Origin: the human T2T-CHM13v2.0 reference genome, Homo sapiens | Assembly (NCBI RefSeq): GCF_009914755.1 | Contig: NC_060928.1 | Strand: one strand, 5' to 3' | DNA: 64,000 bases | Shown here: positions 41,418 through 55,329 of the stretch, in pieces | Layout: the number at the start of each line of letters is the position of its first letter | How positions within the stretch are numbered: position 1 is the first letter of the stretch | Made by a program: the position numbers and the translations under genes | Notes under the pieces: model-generated | The model's input: only the letters and a program-made list of their open reading frames with translations | Told to the model about the DNA's origin: nothing | The model's database searches: none

Positions 41418-42378
41418 TGTTATTGCTGTTGATGGTGTTGCTGCTGTTTTTGTTATTGTTACTGCTGCTGCTGCTACTGCTCTTGCTATTTTTGCTGCTG
41501 TTTCTGCAGATTATGTGGTTGCTGATGTTTTTGCTGTTGTTGGTGACAGTGTTTTCACTACTGTTCTGATTATTTTTGATACCGCTGTTGTTGCCATTTT
41601 GTGGCAGTTGTTGCTGCTGATGTGCTGCTACTGTTGCTGTGATGATGCTGTTGACATTGTCACTGTGGATGTTGCAATGATGCTGTTGACAGTGTCACTG
41701 TGGATGCTGTGATGATGTTGTTGCTGTGGATGTTGTGATGATGCTGTTGAAGCTTTACTGTGGATGCCGTGATGGTGGTGTTGACACTTACTATGGATGT
41801 TGTGATGACGCTGTTAACACATTTACTGTAGATGTTGGCGTGATGCTGTTAACACAGTTGCTGTGGATGTTGTGATGATGTTACTATGGGCACAGTGATG
41901 TGCTGTTGACACTATTACTGTGGGTGCCGTGTCACGATGAGGCTATTGACACTATTACTACAGGTGTTGTGATGATGCTGCTGATGTTGTTTCTTGATAC
42001 TGTTATATCGCTGTTGATGTTGTAACTATGGAAGTAGTGATGATGCTCTAGACACTGTTTCTGTAGATGTTGTGATGCTGCTGTTGGCATTGTTACTGTG
42101 GGTGTTGTGATGATACTGTTGACATTACTGCGGGTGTTGTGATGATGCTGTTGATGCTGCTACTGCGGATGTTGTGATGATGCTGTTGGCGTTGTTACTG
42201 TTAATGTTCTTGCTGATGTGGTTGACAGTGCTATTGTTGCTATTTTTATTCTTGTTGCTGAGATGTTATTCTATTGTCGTTGTTGCTGCTGTTGGCACTA
42301 CTGCTGTGCTGCTATTGTTGATGTGATAATGTTGTTGACGTTACTAATGTTGATGTTGTTGTTGATGATGTTGGTGTT
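41418..42378. repeat. Low-complexity (TGT/TGC/TGA)n tract with an embedded ~35-bp minisatellite (~41640-42200)
   Basis: Approximate unit GATGTTGTGATGATGCTGTTGACACTGTTACTGTG, about 15 degenerate copies. Confidence 0.85.
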
Positions 42379-43254
42379 AATATACCCATCCAGACTCACT
42401 ACTTTTGTTACACACTTCCAAACCAAATTTAATGTAGGCATAACTTACTAGTCGTACAAGGATATATATATAGCTTACCCCTCATGTTTCCACGGAGGCC
42501 GAGAATTTCCATTCCACTCTCCGGGAGAGATTTTGAGAGCCATCTGTAGCCTCTGCCTCCTTGCTGAATGGGGCACACTCCTCTCAGCCATCCCTTTCAG
42601 AAATCTATGCTGGTCAATGGTACATGTGACTGGGAGAATGAGGCTACCTCATTCAGGGGGTAAAGTAGGAGGAATCCCATATGGCTACCCACCTCAGGTA
42701 CATGGGTCAATTCAGCCTTTTAGTGTGATATTTTCATCCTCATCTGTCTCGCTCCTGTGTCTTAATTGGTTCAAAATTAGGAGATGAAGAAATAGGTGCT
42801 ATATTTACCTCCAAGACAACAACCAAGTCTTCGTGATATAATTCAATTCGCTTTTTACCTCCCCGAAGAATCCTTTCCTTATTTCTACAACCCACAGTGG
42901 TCTCACCCAACTATGAAGTTTTATAGCAGTTTGTTATTTTCTCACATGCCAATAAATATTGTGAAATATGTGAACCTGGCTAGACTGTGAGCTCCTTCAG
43001 ACTAAGAACATATCTTAAAACATCCTCTCACTTATTGTGGTTCTAGACACATAGTAGGTGCTCAATAAATGCTTGTAAATTGAAATACATTGGAAGCTTA
43101 ATACTTAGGAATGTTCCCATGTGGCTGAGTTTTTATGCCATCCTATGTTTTTGAATAAAAAATATTAATTGGAAATTTGTGTTCCAGAACTTACATATGA
43201 TGCATGAATGCCCTTGATGATACAGAAATGGGAAGAACTGATTAAGTTATTTAG

Positions 43255-43552
43255 GTTTTTTTTTTTTTTTTTTTTGACGGAGTCTCACTATTGTCACCCA
43301 GGCTGAAGTGCAGTGGTGCAATCTCGGCTCACTGCAACCTCCACCTCCCGGTGCAAGCGATTCTCCTGCCTCAGCCTCCTGAGTAGCTGGGATTACAGGT
43401 GCCCACCACTACGCCTGGCTAATTTTTTAACTTTTAGTAGAGACGGGATTTCGCCATGTTGGCCAGGCTGGTCTTGAACTCCCGACCTCAGGTGATCTGC
43501 CCTTGGCCTCCCAAAGTGTTGGGATTACAGGTGTGAGTCACCATGTCCAGCC
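43255..43552 (-). mobile_element. AluS
   Basis: Poly-T plus full dimer. Confidence 0.95.
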
Positions 43553-43849
43553 AGTTCTTTAGTTTCTAAGGTCCATCAGTCGACATTAACTTCTTGTCAT
43601 TACATGCAATTCAATAAAAGCATAAGTCCTTACCTGTAGGGGCACTCGGATGGATGCCAGGCTTCCAAAATTGAGCGTAAAATCCCAAGGGGTTTCAAGG
43701 TAGGCCATTCTTCAATGCTTCCTTTACAACAGACATTGTGCCTGCAGGCTCAAGGGGCCATGGGGCCTAAGGAGGATCCCATGAACCTTTCCACGAAATT
43801 GCGTGTGTGGCTTTGTATAATGCTTACCCCTTATCTCTCTAGGATAGTT

Positions 43850-44112
43850 GTTTATTTATTATTGTATCTATTTAAGGTATACAGCATGATGTTGTGATAC
43901 ACATGGTGAAATGACAACTACAGTCAAACAAACTAACATATGAATCTCCTCACACAGTTACCGCGTGTGTGTGTGTGTGTGGTAAGAACACATAAAATCC
44001 AGTCTCTTACCAAATGTTCAGCATACAATACAATATTATGAACCATAGTCCTCCTGCTGTGCATTAGGTTAGACTTATTCATCCTACATGACTGCAAGTT
44101 TGTACCCTCTGA
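43850..44112 (-). mobile_element. L1MA/MB 3' end fragment
   Basis: TATTTAAGGTATACAGCATGATG...ACCATAGTCCTCCTGCTGTGCATTAG...GACTTATTCATCCTACATGACTG. Confidence 0.65.
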
Positions 44113-44721
44113 CAAATCTCTAGGATTTTTCAATTCCTGAATTTGCCAGCAAATTTTAGCTGATTGAGGTTACCAGACAGCTGACTACCTCATAAGGTAA
44201 ACTATTGTTCCTCAAGTATTTTAAGCTTTTGTAGGTCTGGGTTCAATTCATACTTACCTGGTGAATAAGGTTTCAGTAATTTACAAATAAATATTGTGTT
44301 AATAGTATCATCTAACAGGTGCTGAGAACTTGGTGTGAGCCACACTCACCTAGCAAGCTACTTACCATGCTGAGCAGTTGCATGGATTTTCTCAGTCCTC
44401 ATGTCCTGATAGTAAAGACCAGTGCATCTCTAGCCTTCAGCACTCATGGGCACAAATGCATTTAATTCTCACAATAACACTCTGAGGGTGGTTATTACTG
44501 TTATTACCCTCCCAACTTTGCAGAGGAGCCTGGAGCATGTAGGGGTTCAGTTATGTGCCCAAGGCCAGGAGCCATTGAGGGAGTGGCGGCCTACATCAGC
44601 TGGCTCTGGAGGCTGCACCAGTGACAAGCGAACTGAGTCCCAGGTTCACTAAGGCATGAAAAGACTTCCCTTGTATTACCCAGGGCGCTCCAGGGAAACA
44701 GAACCAATAGAATGTGTATAT

Positions 44722-45558
44722 ATGGTCCTCCCTTGGTTTCAGGAGATTGGTTCCAGGACCCCTCGCAGATATAATAAAATGGTGTGGTATTTGCATATAA
44801 CCTACAGCACATCCTCCTATGTACTTTAAGTCAGGGGTCTCCAACCCCTAGGCCACAAACCCATCCGGCCTATGGCCTGTTAGGAACTGGGCCATACAAC
44901 AGGAGGTGAGTGAGCTAAGTGCTGTGTGAGTGAGCGAAGTTTCATCTGTATTGACAGCCGCTCCCCATTGCTTGCTCGCATTACTGTGTGAGCTCTGCCT
45001 GCTGTCAGATCAGTGGCGGCATTAGATTATCTTAGGAGCACAAACCCTACTGTGAACTGCACATGCGAGGGATCTAGGTTGCGTGCTCCTTTTGAAAATC
45101 CAATGCCTGATGATCTGTCACTGTCTCCCATCACCTCCAAATGGGACCATCTAGTTGCAGGAAGACAAGCTTGGAGCTCCCACTGATCTACATTATGGTG
45201 AGATGTATAATTATTTCATTATATATTACAATGTAATAATAATAGAAATAAAGTGCACAATAAATATAATGGTTTGAATCATCCTGAAACCACGCTCCTG
45301 CCAGTTCATGGAAAAATTGTCTTTCATGCAACCGGTCCCTGGTGCCAAAAAGGTTGAGGACCACTGCTTTAAGTCATCTCTAGTTTACCTATGATACATA
45401 ATACAGTGTAAATGCTATATAAGTACTTGTTACATGTATTGTCTGGGGAATCACGACAAGGAAAAAGGCTGTACACAACTTTCATGGGTTTAACTAAATT
45501 TTTGATCTGCAGTTGGTTGAATCCACAGATCCGGAACCATGGATACAGAGGGCCACTG
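44722..45558. mobile_element. MER2 (TcMar-Tigger) DNA transposon split by MER1A
   Basis: GATTGGTTCCAGGACCC...GTATTTGCATATAACCTAC...|...GGTTGAATCCACAGAT...GGATACAGAGGGCCACTG, in a TA context. Confidence 0.75.
44832..45366. mobile_element. MER1A (hAT-Charlie) DNA transposon
   Basis: 535 bp, TIRs CAGGGGTCTCCAACC / GGTTGAGGACCACTG, perfect 8-bp TSD CTTTAAGT (44824-44831 and 45367-45374). Confidence 0.9.
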
Positions 45559-46424
45559 GTATATTGATAGAGATTTACTTTAAGGAGGCTAAGAAGTCCA
45601 AAATTTGCAGGGCAAGCAGGAAGGCTAGAGACCCAGAGGAAAGCTGAGGCTGCAGCTCCAGCCTAAAGGCCATCTGTGGACAAAATCCCACTTGCTTAGG
45701 GGAGGTCAGTTTTTTCTGCTGTTCAGGCTTTCAACTGATTGGACGAGGCCCACCCACATTATGGAGGGCAACCTGCTCTGCTCAAGTCCACCAACTTAGA
45801 TGTTAATCTCATCCAAAAACACCCTCACAGAAGCATCCAGAATCATGCTGACCATATCTCTGGGCACTATGGCCCGGCCAAGTTGACTCATACAATTAAC
45901 CAGCACACCCAGTATCACACAGATACAACAGACCCAAGACTCAGGCCCTTGCAGTATGACTGAGCCTGCATGTTCTTACACACGGAACTGGGAGCCTCTG
46001 TTTTCACCAGCTCTTCAGCCCACCTCATCTGCCAGCAAGCCGGGGTCAGTTGTGTCCTTCCTTCTAAAGCTGACTGTCCTTGTCCTCTCCCCAGCGGCTG
46101 CCTAAGTGTGGCCACTGCTGCCTCTGCACTGACCGTCTAGCAGAGAGAGCTTAGCTGCTGATATTTATTGGCTTTAAGACTTCGTCAAGCACAGCCCTCG
46201 AGATGCTCAAGGTGAAGAGCATTGATCGAATCTGTTTCCTGGGCTGCTTGTCTTGGGTGGGAAGCCAAGCATGCGAGCTGAGCAGGGATGGGAGCAGAGA
46301 TGGCCAGCACTGGCGGGCAGTGTGCTGGACTCTAATGCCTGAGTCTCACCCCATACTCAGTACCCTGATATCAGGAAGGGACTCTGACTATCCACTGCAA
46401 AGAAGAGGAATAAAGGAACCGAAC

Positions 46425-47590
46425 CTTATTCACTCATTCATTCAGCAGATCTGCCCACCATGTGCCTGCATCCTAGATGCTAGAACGTATCACGGACAAA
46501 ACAGAAATCATTTCTCATGGAGCCGTCATTGTGGTGGAGGGAGACAGACAATAAACCAGCAAATAAGCAAATGACAGTATGTGACAAGCTGATGAGTGCT
46601 AAGGGGAGAAATCAATGAGGGGAAAGGGATATGGGTTGGGGAGGAGGTGGGGTTGCGATTTTTAATAGGGCAACTAGTGAAGGTCTCGCTGAGATGGTAA
46701 TGCTTGAATGAAAGCTTAAAAGCCACGTGGGTGTTGGAGGAAGAGCATTCCAGAGACAGAAAGCAGCAAGTGCAAAGGCCTGGAGGCAGCCACAGTCCTG
46801 GCTGCTCAAGGAACAGCAAGGGCAGAAGTGGCTGGAGCAGAGCCAGTGGGGGGTGGAGTGGGAGGAGAGGTCGGGCAAGGAATGGGTCCAGTTGGATGGC
46901 TTTTCAGGGCATAGAAAGGAACGTGGCTTTTTCTCTGCCTGGGATGGGAAGCCCTTAAAAGGCTTTGAGCAGAGGAAAGACATGGTCTGGTTTCCATGTT
47001 CCAAGGACTGGAGAGATTAAGATGCTTGTCTCACGCCCTGCAGCCAGTAAGGGGCAGAAGAGCCGCCAGGGCATCTAGCTGTGGATAAGAGCTTGTTCCC
47101 CTGCACTACCCATGTATCTGCCAGAGTTCGTTTGCTGGAGTCCATATTGCCGCTAAGAAAGCTGACTGCCACAGCCATGTGAGAAAGAAAACAGGGCATG
47201 GGGGAAAGAGGGGTGGACAAGTCCCAAAAGGCCTACTGGAGGAGGTGATATCTGAGCTGAAACCCAAATGGCAGAAATCAGCCAAGGAAATACACAGAGA
47301 GCAGAGTGTTCAGAAATAGATGGTGCAAAGGTCCTGAGGCAGGACCCTGCTCAGAGTCCTGGGAGAGCAAAGAGAAGACAAACATGGCAGAATTGCGATG
47401 AGCAAGGGGGAGATGAGGTCACAGAGGGAGCCAAGAGGCATATCCTTCACGGTCTCATAGGCTCTGGTAAGGAATTTGGATTTTATTCTTAAGAGCGATG
47501 AGGAGGCACTAGAAGATTTTAAGCAGGGAGTGATTTACATTTTTAAAAAAGATCAGCCTGGCTGCTCTGTGGAGAAAAGACTGGGAAAGG
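46425..47590 (-). mobile_element. L2 fragments
   Basis: ATTCACTCATTCATTCAGCAG start, AGCAAGTGCAAAGGCCTGGAG, TTTGAGCAGAGGAAAGACATG, GGAATTTGGATTTTATTCT. Confidence 0.6.
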
Positions 47591-48899
47591 GCTTACAGGC
47601 TGCATGCCTGGCACCTCAATTTTTCATATGAAAAATGACACTGATTTTAGAGAGTTGCTGTATGAAGCTGTGAGAGAATGACATGAGAATGTTAACTCAT
47701 TGAAGGGTGGGAATTTGTGGGTGCTGTTCACTGCCACATCCCCGATTCTGCAGCAGTGCCCACAGCAGATGCTCCAGCAACTATTGGTTCAGCGAGTGAG
47801 TGGATGGATGGGTGGATAGATGGATGGATGGATAGATAGATGAAAACAGAGGCATCATATAAAGGTGAGAGACTGGGATGTTTCAGTGACCATCAAAAGT
47901 TAAAGCATTGCCCAACAAAACCTTCCTCACAGCAGCGGGAACTAAAGGGTTAATGTGACCTCTGACGATTTTTCTTCCAGAGGATTGTGATACAGTGCTA
48001 ATAAATTTCCTGTGACCTTGTTACGGGAAAATAATAAGCCCCTGCTAATGTATCAAATTAACATGTTTGGGCTTCCTGTTCAGAAACCTCAAACATCTCA
48101 CCTCCATGTGGTCTGCAGAAAATTATTCTTTAGATGCAATTGCGTTGAGTGATGGAGGCTTTGTGGCCTCTACTATCCCCACCGGTGGAAGAGTTCTGAT
48201 ACCCTGGTTTTTCCTCTGCAGTTCACAGTGGTCTGGCACTTAGCATAGCATCTGGTAGGAAAAAAAAAAAAAAAAAAAAAAAGCTAGATTCCTATTTGAA
48301 TGAACAAAGGAAATGGTTAATGGCCATAACACAAGGGTTTTCTCTCATCTCTATTTTCTAGGGAAAACAGGAGAATTTAAAAAAAAATTATCTCCCTTTT
48401 CTTTTTGTCAGCTGTGAAGAAGCTGCAAGTTTCAAATATGTCACCTTGCTGACGAGCCTTAAGTGATGGGCAGTAGGCAGAGGTTCCCTCAATACCAGTT
48501 TAAAGACATTAAAGACCCGCCACCCCCAGACTCCTCAAAGAATACCATATCCAGGATGAATGTTCAAATCCCCTGGCTGGTCACCTGCAGTGAGGACCGC
48601 CCATCGCCATCTCCAGTGAGCACAGACATCTCAGCTCCCAGTGCCAGCTCCCAGTGCCAACTGGGAGGCTGGACCCCCGAACGTCAGCCCTGCTGCCCTC
48701 TCTGAAAGTAACCTCTGCCGTAATCCACACCAGAAAGTGGATGTGTCAATGTGCTTGCCTCATCCAAGCATTTTTCTCTTCCAAATCAAGGTTTTCTGTG
48801 AGTTCGTCTGATTCGTGAGGCCCAACTCACTTACCTGTCCTGAATCTCGAGGGAAACTGAGAAAGTGAGTTACAGGCTTCTGCTTTAGGGAGGCACATA

Positions 48900-49037
48900 T
48901 GGTCTCAGTTGGCTCGGACTGCTATAACAAATTATTACAGACTGGGTGGCTGAAACAACAGACGGTTATTTCACACAGTTCTGGAGACTGAAAGGCCAAG
49001 ATCAGGGCACAGCATGGTCCTTGGTGTGTGCATGCTT

Positions 49038-49080
<43 letters not shown>

Positions 49081-49262
49081 TAATCTCCTGTTCTTCCTCT
49101 TTCTTTAAGGGCACTAATCCCACCATGGGGGCCCCACCCTCATGACCTCATCTAAACCTAATCACCTCCCAAAGCCCCACCTCAAAATACCATCGCATTA
49201 GGGGCTGGGGCTTTAACATATAAATTTTGGGGGAGAGGGACACAGTCATTCAGTCCAGAGCA
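48900..49262 (-). mobile_element. MLT1 MaLR LTR containing a (GA)n microsatellite (~49043-49075)
   Basis: GCTATAACAAATTATTACAGACTGGGTGGCT...CCCACCCTCATGACCTCATCTAAACCTAATCACCTCCCAAAG. Confidence 0.75.
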
Positions 49263-49942
49263 GAAATCATTAGGAGGGATATTTTCCAAATATAGGCCAG
49301 ATATACCAAAAACAAGGTAGCCCCAAAGACGCCCATACCCACTGCAGCCTTTGTCTTCTACACCTGTCTCCTACACAGTGCCTGGCACATAGCAGGTGCT
49401 CAGTAAGTGACAGCGCCTCCTTTCCCTTGCCATACTTCCCTGTTTAGCCTCTGCCCATCTCTACCTACAGGCCCATCTGCTTGGATTCCTGTGCTTGGAA
49501 TTTTTTCCCATGGACCCTTTCACTACAACCAGCACTTTAAAAGAAAGAACAATTGAATACGACATGCAAGGTTCACCATATCCAACTTTAGCACCAATTT
49601 TAAACATAGACCCATGCAAATATTCAATGCAAATATATTTATAAGATACTATTCTCTAAAAAATGTGGGTATTGACACTCTACTTATTATATCAGAACCT
49701 AGTGCCCCTCACCCAAGAGATATTTAAAGAGCTTATTTGTATTCTTTGGTTTCCACCTAATGTGCTTATTTATGTCTCTTGTTTTATAAGAAATACATTT
49801 AATAATTTAGAAGCAATAAGGGAAAATATTTTTACATAAAAATTTAAAAACATTTGCATCACAAGAAACATAAAAATTAAAATGACAAACATTACACTGG
49901 AGAAATATTTTTAATTTAAATCACAATACATTAAAGAGTTAT

Positions 49943-50336
<394 letters not shown>

Positions 50337-50409
50337 TCATAGAAAAAGACAAAGCATCTTAATTGTATGAGAAGATGATATCCCTGTCATCTGAGAAAGG
50401 TAAATTAAA

Positions 50410-53400
50410 AGTAGTCTAAGACTGTCAACAAACACATAGTAATAAGGACCGGATTTATCTTCCCACTTGGAAAATATTTTTAAATGGACAAAAGGTGCAA
50501 AACAATAGTTTTCAAGGTGTTGGACATTAGACAACAAAGGATAGTGACCCTGGAAGGCAGGAGAAAGATGAGGTGAGCCTAGAGTTGCCCCGCTTTCTGC
50601 CTTGGGAGACTTTCCAGGCACTGCTGCAGGGAAGGGAACCCAGGCAGAGCCCAGGGGAGTTCAAGAGATTGCAGGGCAGAGTTTTGGAGAGAGGAGAGCT
50701 ATGGAGAGCCAGAACACTGGAATCTTCAGGGGGCTATCCTCAACTATTCAGTAGAGTGACATCAGTACATGCATTGAGAAAATTCCTTGAGGCCAGGGAG
50801 AGAATCACCCAAAAGGATTCCAGGAAACAATATTCAGTGCTCACACCAGCCGGGAAATAGTGCTGTTTCCCACCAGCCAGACTTGAAGACTTTGGAAGTC
50901 AGGGGTCATTTGGTAGAGGACTCAGAACGATCTTGTCTCAATAGTGGGGAATCATTAGCCATAGACTAAACATCTTAATAAATTATAAAAGCTAAACTCA
51001 AAAGGATCAAAGTATTTCCAAATTCTTAACTGTATACCAGAACAAAGCCCAACAATAGTTACAAGAATACAAAGTACTCAGCCCCCAACAAGTTAAAATG
51101 ATTGGCATTCAATCAAGGAGTACCGGGCAAGTAAAGAAGCAGGAAATGTGGTGCAAAATAACGAAGAAAATAAATCAATTGAACTCAGTCCGGAACTGAC
51201 ATTATTGAAATTTGTGGATGTCACTAACACATTTACTAGAGAGAAATTTATGGCACTAAATCCTATATTTAGAAAAGAATTCTCAAGTCTATGACTTCAG
51301 ATCCCCCTTCAAGAAAATAAAAAAAGGAGAGCATCTTAAACCTAAAGTAAGCCAAATAAAGGAAACAACAAAGATAAGAGCAGATATCAGTGAAATACAA
51401 AACAGAAAAACAGTATAGAAAATCAATGAAGCTATAAGCTGATTCTTGGAAAAGATCAGTAAAATTGATAAACCTCTAGCCAAACTGATCTGGAAAGAAA
51501 TAGAAAAAAAAAAAAAGGAAAGAAAAGAAGGAAGGGAAGCAGGGAGGGAGGGAGGAGGACGCAGATTATCAATATCAGGAATGAAAAAACTGGTATCACT
51601 ATAGATTCCACAGAAATTAAAAGAATAATAAAATATTATGAACAGCTTTATGCCAGTAAATTCAACCACTTAGATGAAATGAATAAATTCCTTAAAGTAC
51701 ATACATTACCAACTGTTATTTAAGAAGAAACAGATACTGTATACTCAAAGAAATTTAACTTTTAGTTTAAAATCTTCCAATAAAGAAAATGCCAGGCACC
51801 AAAATTCAAGGGGGTAATTTGAACAAATATTTAAGGAAGAAATAATACCAATTCTTCTCATACTCTTCCATAAAAGTGAAGTGAGAATATACTTTCCAAC
51901 TCATTTTATGAGGCCAGCAATAGCCTGATTCCAAAACCAGACAAAGACATTACAAGAAGAGAAAACCAAAGATCAATATTCCTCGTGAACTTAGACGCAA
52001 AATTCTTAACAAAATTTTAGCAAATAGAAACTAACAATAGATTGCAAAAAAGAATAGTATATCATGACCAAGTTGAGTTTATCCCAAGAAGGCACAGTTG
52101 ATTTAATATTTTTTAAAAAATCAATCAATATAATTTACTCTATAAAATGATGAAAAACTAAAATATATGGCCATCTCAATGGGGAAAAAGCATTTGACAA
52201 AATCCAATGTCCATTTCTGATTAAAATCATTAACAGAGTAGGAATAAAGGGAAACTTCCATACAGTAAAGGTTATCCACGAAAAACCCACAGCTAATATC
52301 ATACTCAATGGTGAACAACCGAATCGAAACTAGTGGGTTATATCCGCTCTCACCAACTCATTAAACATTGTCCTGGAAGTTTTAGCCAGTAAAGTAAGGC
52401 AAGAAAAAGAAATAAAAAGCATTCAGATTGGAAAGGAAAATTTAAAACTGTCTTTATTCAACAACACCATGGTTGTCTAAATAGAAAACCTGATAGAATC
52501 CACAAAAAAGCCACTAAAGCTAATCAGTAAGCCTAGAAAGCTTGAAAGATTCAACTAAACCAACAAAAATCAATTGGATTTCTATGATTTAGTAATAAAA
52601 AACAGAAACTGGAATTTTAAAAGGCAGTGTGATTACTAGTAGTATTCCAATACTTAATATTTATGGATGAATCTGACAAAAGTACACTGAAACCTGTAAA
52701 ACATTGCTGAAGGAAAATTTTAAACATTTAAGTAAATGAAGAGCTATACTGTATTTGTGGATTGGAAGACACAATATTTGTTAAGATGTAAATTCTCCCT
52801 AAACTGATCTATAGATTCGACACAATCTGAATCAAAATCACAGCAGGATATTTTGGTCAGAATTGAGAAGTAATTCTAAAATTTGCATGGAAATGCAATG
52901 GACCTATGATAGCCAAAACAACTTACTTTGCAAAAGAAAAAAATATATACATCTAACACAACCTGATTTAAGACTTATCATAAAGCTACAGTAATCAGGA
53001 AATGGTGCTATTGGTGTCAAAATAAACAAATAGATCAATTAAACAGAAGAGAGATATATAAATACACTCACTCATATGTATATGACTGATTTTCAACAAA
53101 GGCGGAATTCAATTCCATGGAAAAAACAGTCTTTTCAAAAAATGATGTTGTACAATTGCATGTGCAAACAAAGAGAAAGGAACTTTGATTCATAGCTTGC
53201 ACCATATACTACAAAAACACACACACACACACACACACACTTTAAAGTGTGACCTTGAGTTGAGCAAATATTTCTTAGACACCAAAGCAAAATCCATAAA
53301 AGAAAAAGTTGACAAATTGGACTTTATCAAAATTAATAACTTCTGCTCTTCAAAAGATACCGCTGAAAGAATGAAAAGACAAACTGCAGAATTGGAGAAA

Positions 53401-54290
53401 ATATTCCCAATCCATATACTTGACAAAGACATTGTATCTAGAACATACAATGAACTCTCAAAACTCAAATATAATAAAATAAACAACCCAAAAGATCTAA
53501 CCAGACACTCCACCAAAGAAGACAAATGGTTGGCAGACAAACACATGAATCCAAATTAAAACTGCAAAGAGAAATCGCTGCTTGACTATTAGCATAAGTA
53601 AAATTTAAAAGACTGACCACACTCAAGGTGTGTGAGAATGTGGAGGAACCAGAACTCCCCTCCATGGCTAGTGGACTGTAACGTGGTGCAAACACTGTGG
53701 AAAGCTGTTTGACAGATTCTTACAATGCTTAGTATACACCTGTCATATGTTCTAGCCATTCCACCAGCTATATATCCAAGAGCAATGAAAGTTTATGTTC
53801 ACACAAATACATACACAAACGTTTGCAGCAGGTTTATTTGTAATGGCTGCAACCTAGACCGACCCAGATTTCCATCAACAGGTGAATGTGTAAACAATGT
53901 ATGGTACATCCATACTGCTCTGCAATTAAAATAATGAACCATTGATACATGCGACATGTGGATGAAACTCAAAATAATTATGTTCAGTGAAAGAAGTCAG
54001 AGTATATGCTGTTTGGTTCCATTTATATAAAATGCTTTAAAATGCAAACGAATCTACAGTGATAGAGCAGGTAAGCTGTTACCTGGGTGTGGGCAAGGGG
54101 GTGCCCTAGAGGGAGGAATTTACCAAGGGCCACAAGGAAATTTTGGGGGAGGATGGAGATGTTCATTGTCTTGATTGTGGTGATGGTTTCACAGTCATAT
54201 CCATATTTCAAAGCACACCAAAGTGTATATCTTAACTATGTGCGATTTATTATATATGAATTATACCTCAATACAGTTTTTTTAACTGCC
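50410..54290 (+). mobile_element. Ancient L1M (L1MD/ME-like), long decayed copy
   Basis: Decayed ORF2 (AACTCATTTTATGAGGCCAGC, VDKLDFIKINNFCSSKDT) and a 3' end TTATACCTCAATACAGTTTT. Confidence 0.8.
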
Positions 54291-55329
54291 TTAAAATACA
54301 ATGTCTCACCCATCAGATCGCCAGAATTCTAAAACGTGGACACCATCTACTGCTGGCAAGCTTGTGGGGAGGCAGAGCTTCTTTTCAGAGAAGCCCTTTA
54401 GGTTTTAGGCTCCCTCCCTCAACCAGGGTCTAAGCATTCCCCATCATTGCACACTCATCCATGCTAATGAATTTTTAAATTTTAATTTTAGCTTTTCCAG
54501 CTGCCGCTGGCCTTTTCCGACAGCAGAGTGTTAGGTGACTATAGTGATAACATTGCTCTGTAAGAATACGACTTTTTAAGGGAGGAATCAGGGTAGGCAA
54601 AAAAGAGAAGCAATTTCACGGATTCACTCATCTGCATTCATTCCACAACTATTTATTGACTGCCTAGGAGGTGCCAGGCACTGTTCTAGGCACTGGGGAT
54701 ACAGCTGAGATCAAGCCCCACAAAGTCTTTGTTCCCATGGAGCTGACAGTCCAGCGCCAGGCTGCAGACAATAAACACCCATCAGATCAATAGGGAGTGC
54801 GTCCAGTGGTGACGAACACAGTGAGAGGGAAGCTCGGAAGCAGTTATTTCAAAGAGCGGGGTCAGGCAGGTCTCAGTGAAAGACGATGTTTGAGCAGAGA
54901 CTTGAAGAGAGCGAGTGCTGGAATAAGATGATTCAGAAAGGTTGAAACCAAGCTTCTTTGAAAGCACGTGGCTTCCTTTCCCTCCGTACATGTTTGGAAT
55001 ATGCAGGAAGGACTTCACATCCTTGTGTCTCAGCCTCTCCACCTTCCTACCATGGCTTGAAGCAAGGTTTTTGATGTGTATGGGTGTGTTTGCCAATGTA
55101 AACTCGGCATCCCAGGCCTCGCAGTGCCTCTCGCCAGCTTGGTGACTCTGGGCAGGTCAGTTATCATCTCTGAGCCTTGTTTTCCTTTTCTGTAAAAATA
55201 GATGATTAGGAATTCACCCGTTCATTCAACCAACATGTATTAAGCAGTTACATGGCGGGGCCTGTTCTACGTAATAAGACATAGTGGAGAACAGGACACA
55301 GTCCCTGCCCTCACGGAGTTTATGTCCCG

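Larger units (their letters stand above)
44672..45907 (-). mobile_element. MLT2 (ERVL) LTR interrupted by MER2 and MER1A
   Basis: TGTATTACCCAGGGCGCTCCAGGGAAACAGAACCAATAG ... CAAGTTGACTCATACAATTAACCAGCACA. Confidence 0.75.

Noticed and set aside
41640-42200. ~35-bp periodic array resembling a CRISPR array; hydrophobic ORFs at 41404-41712 and 42218-42451
   Set aside because: The units are adjacent and degenerate with no unique spacers, there are no cas genes and the context is primate. The Val/Ala/Leu-rich ORFs are a by-product of TGN triplet composition.
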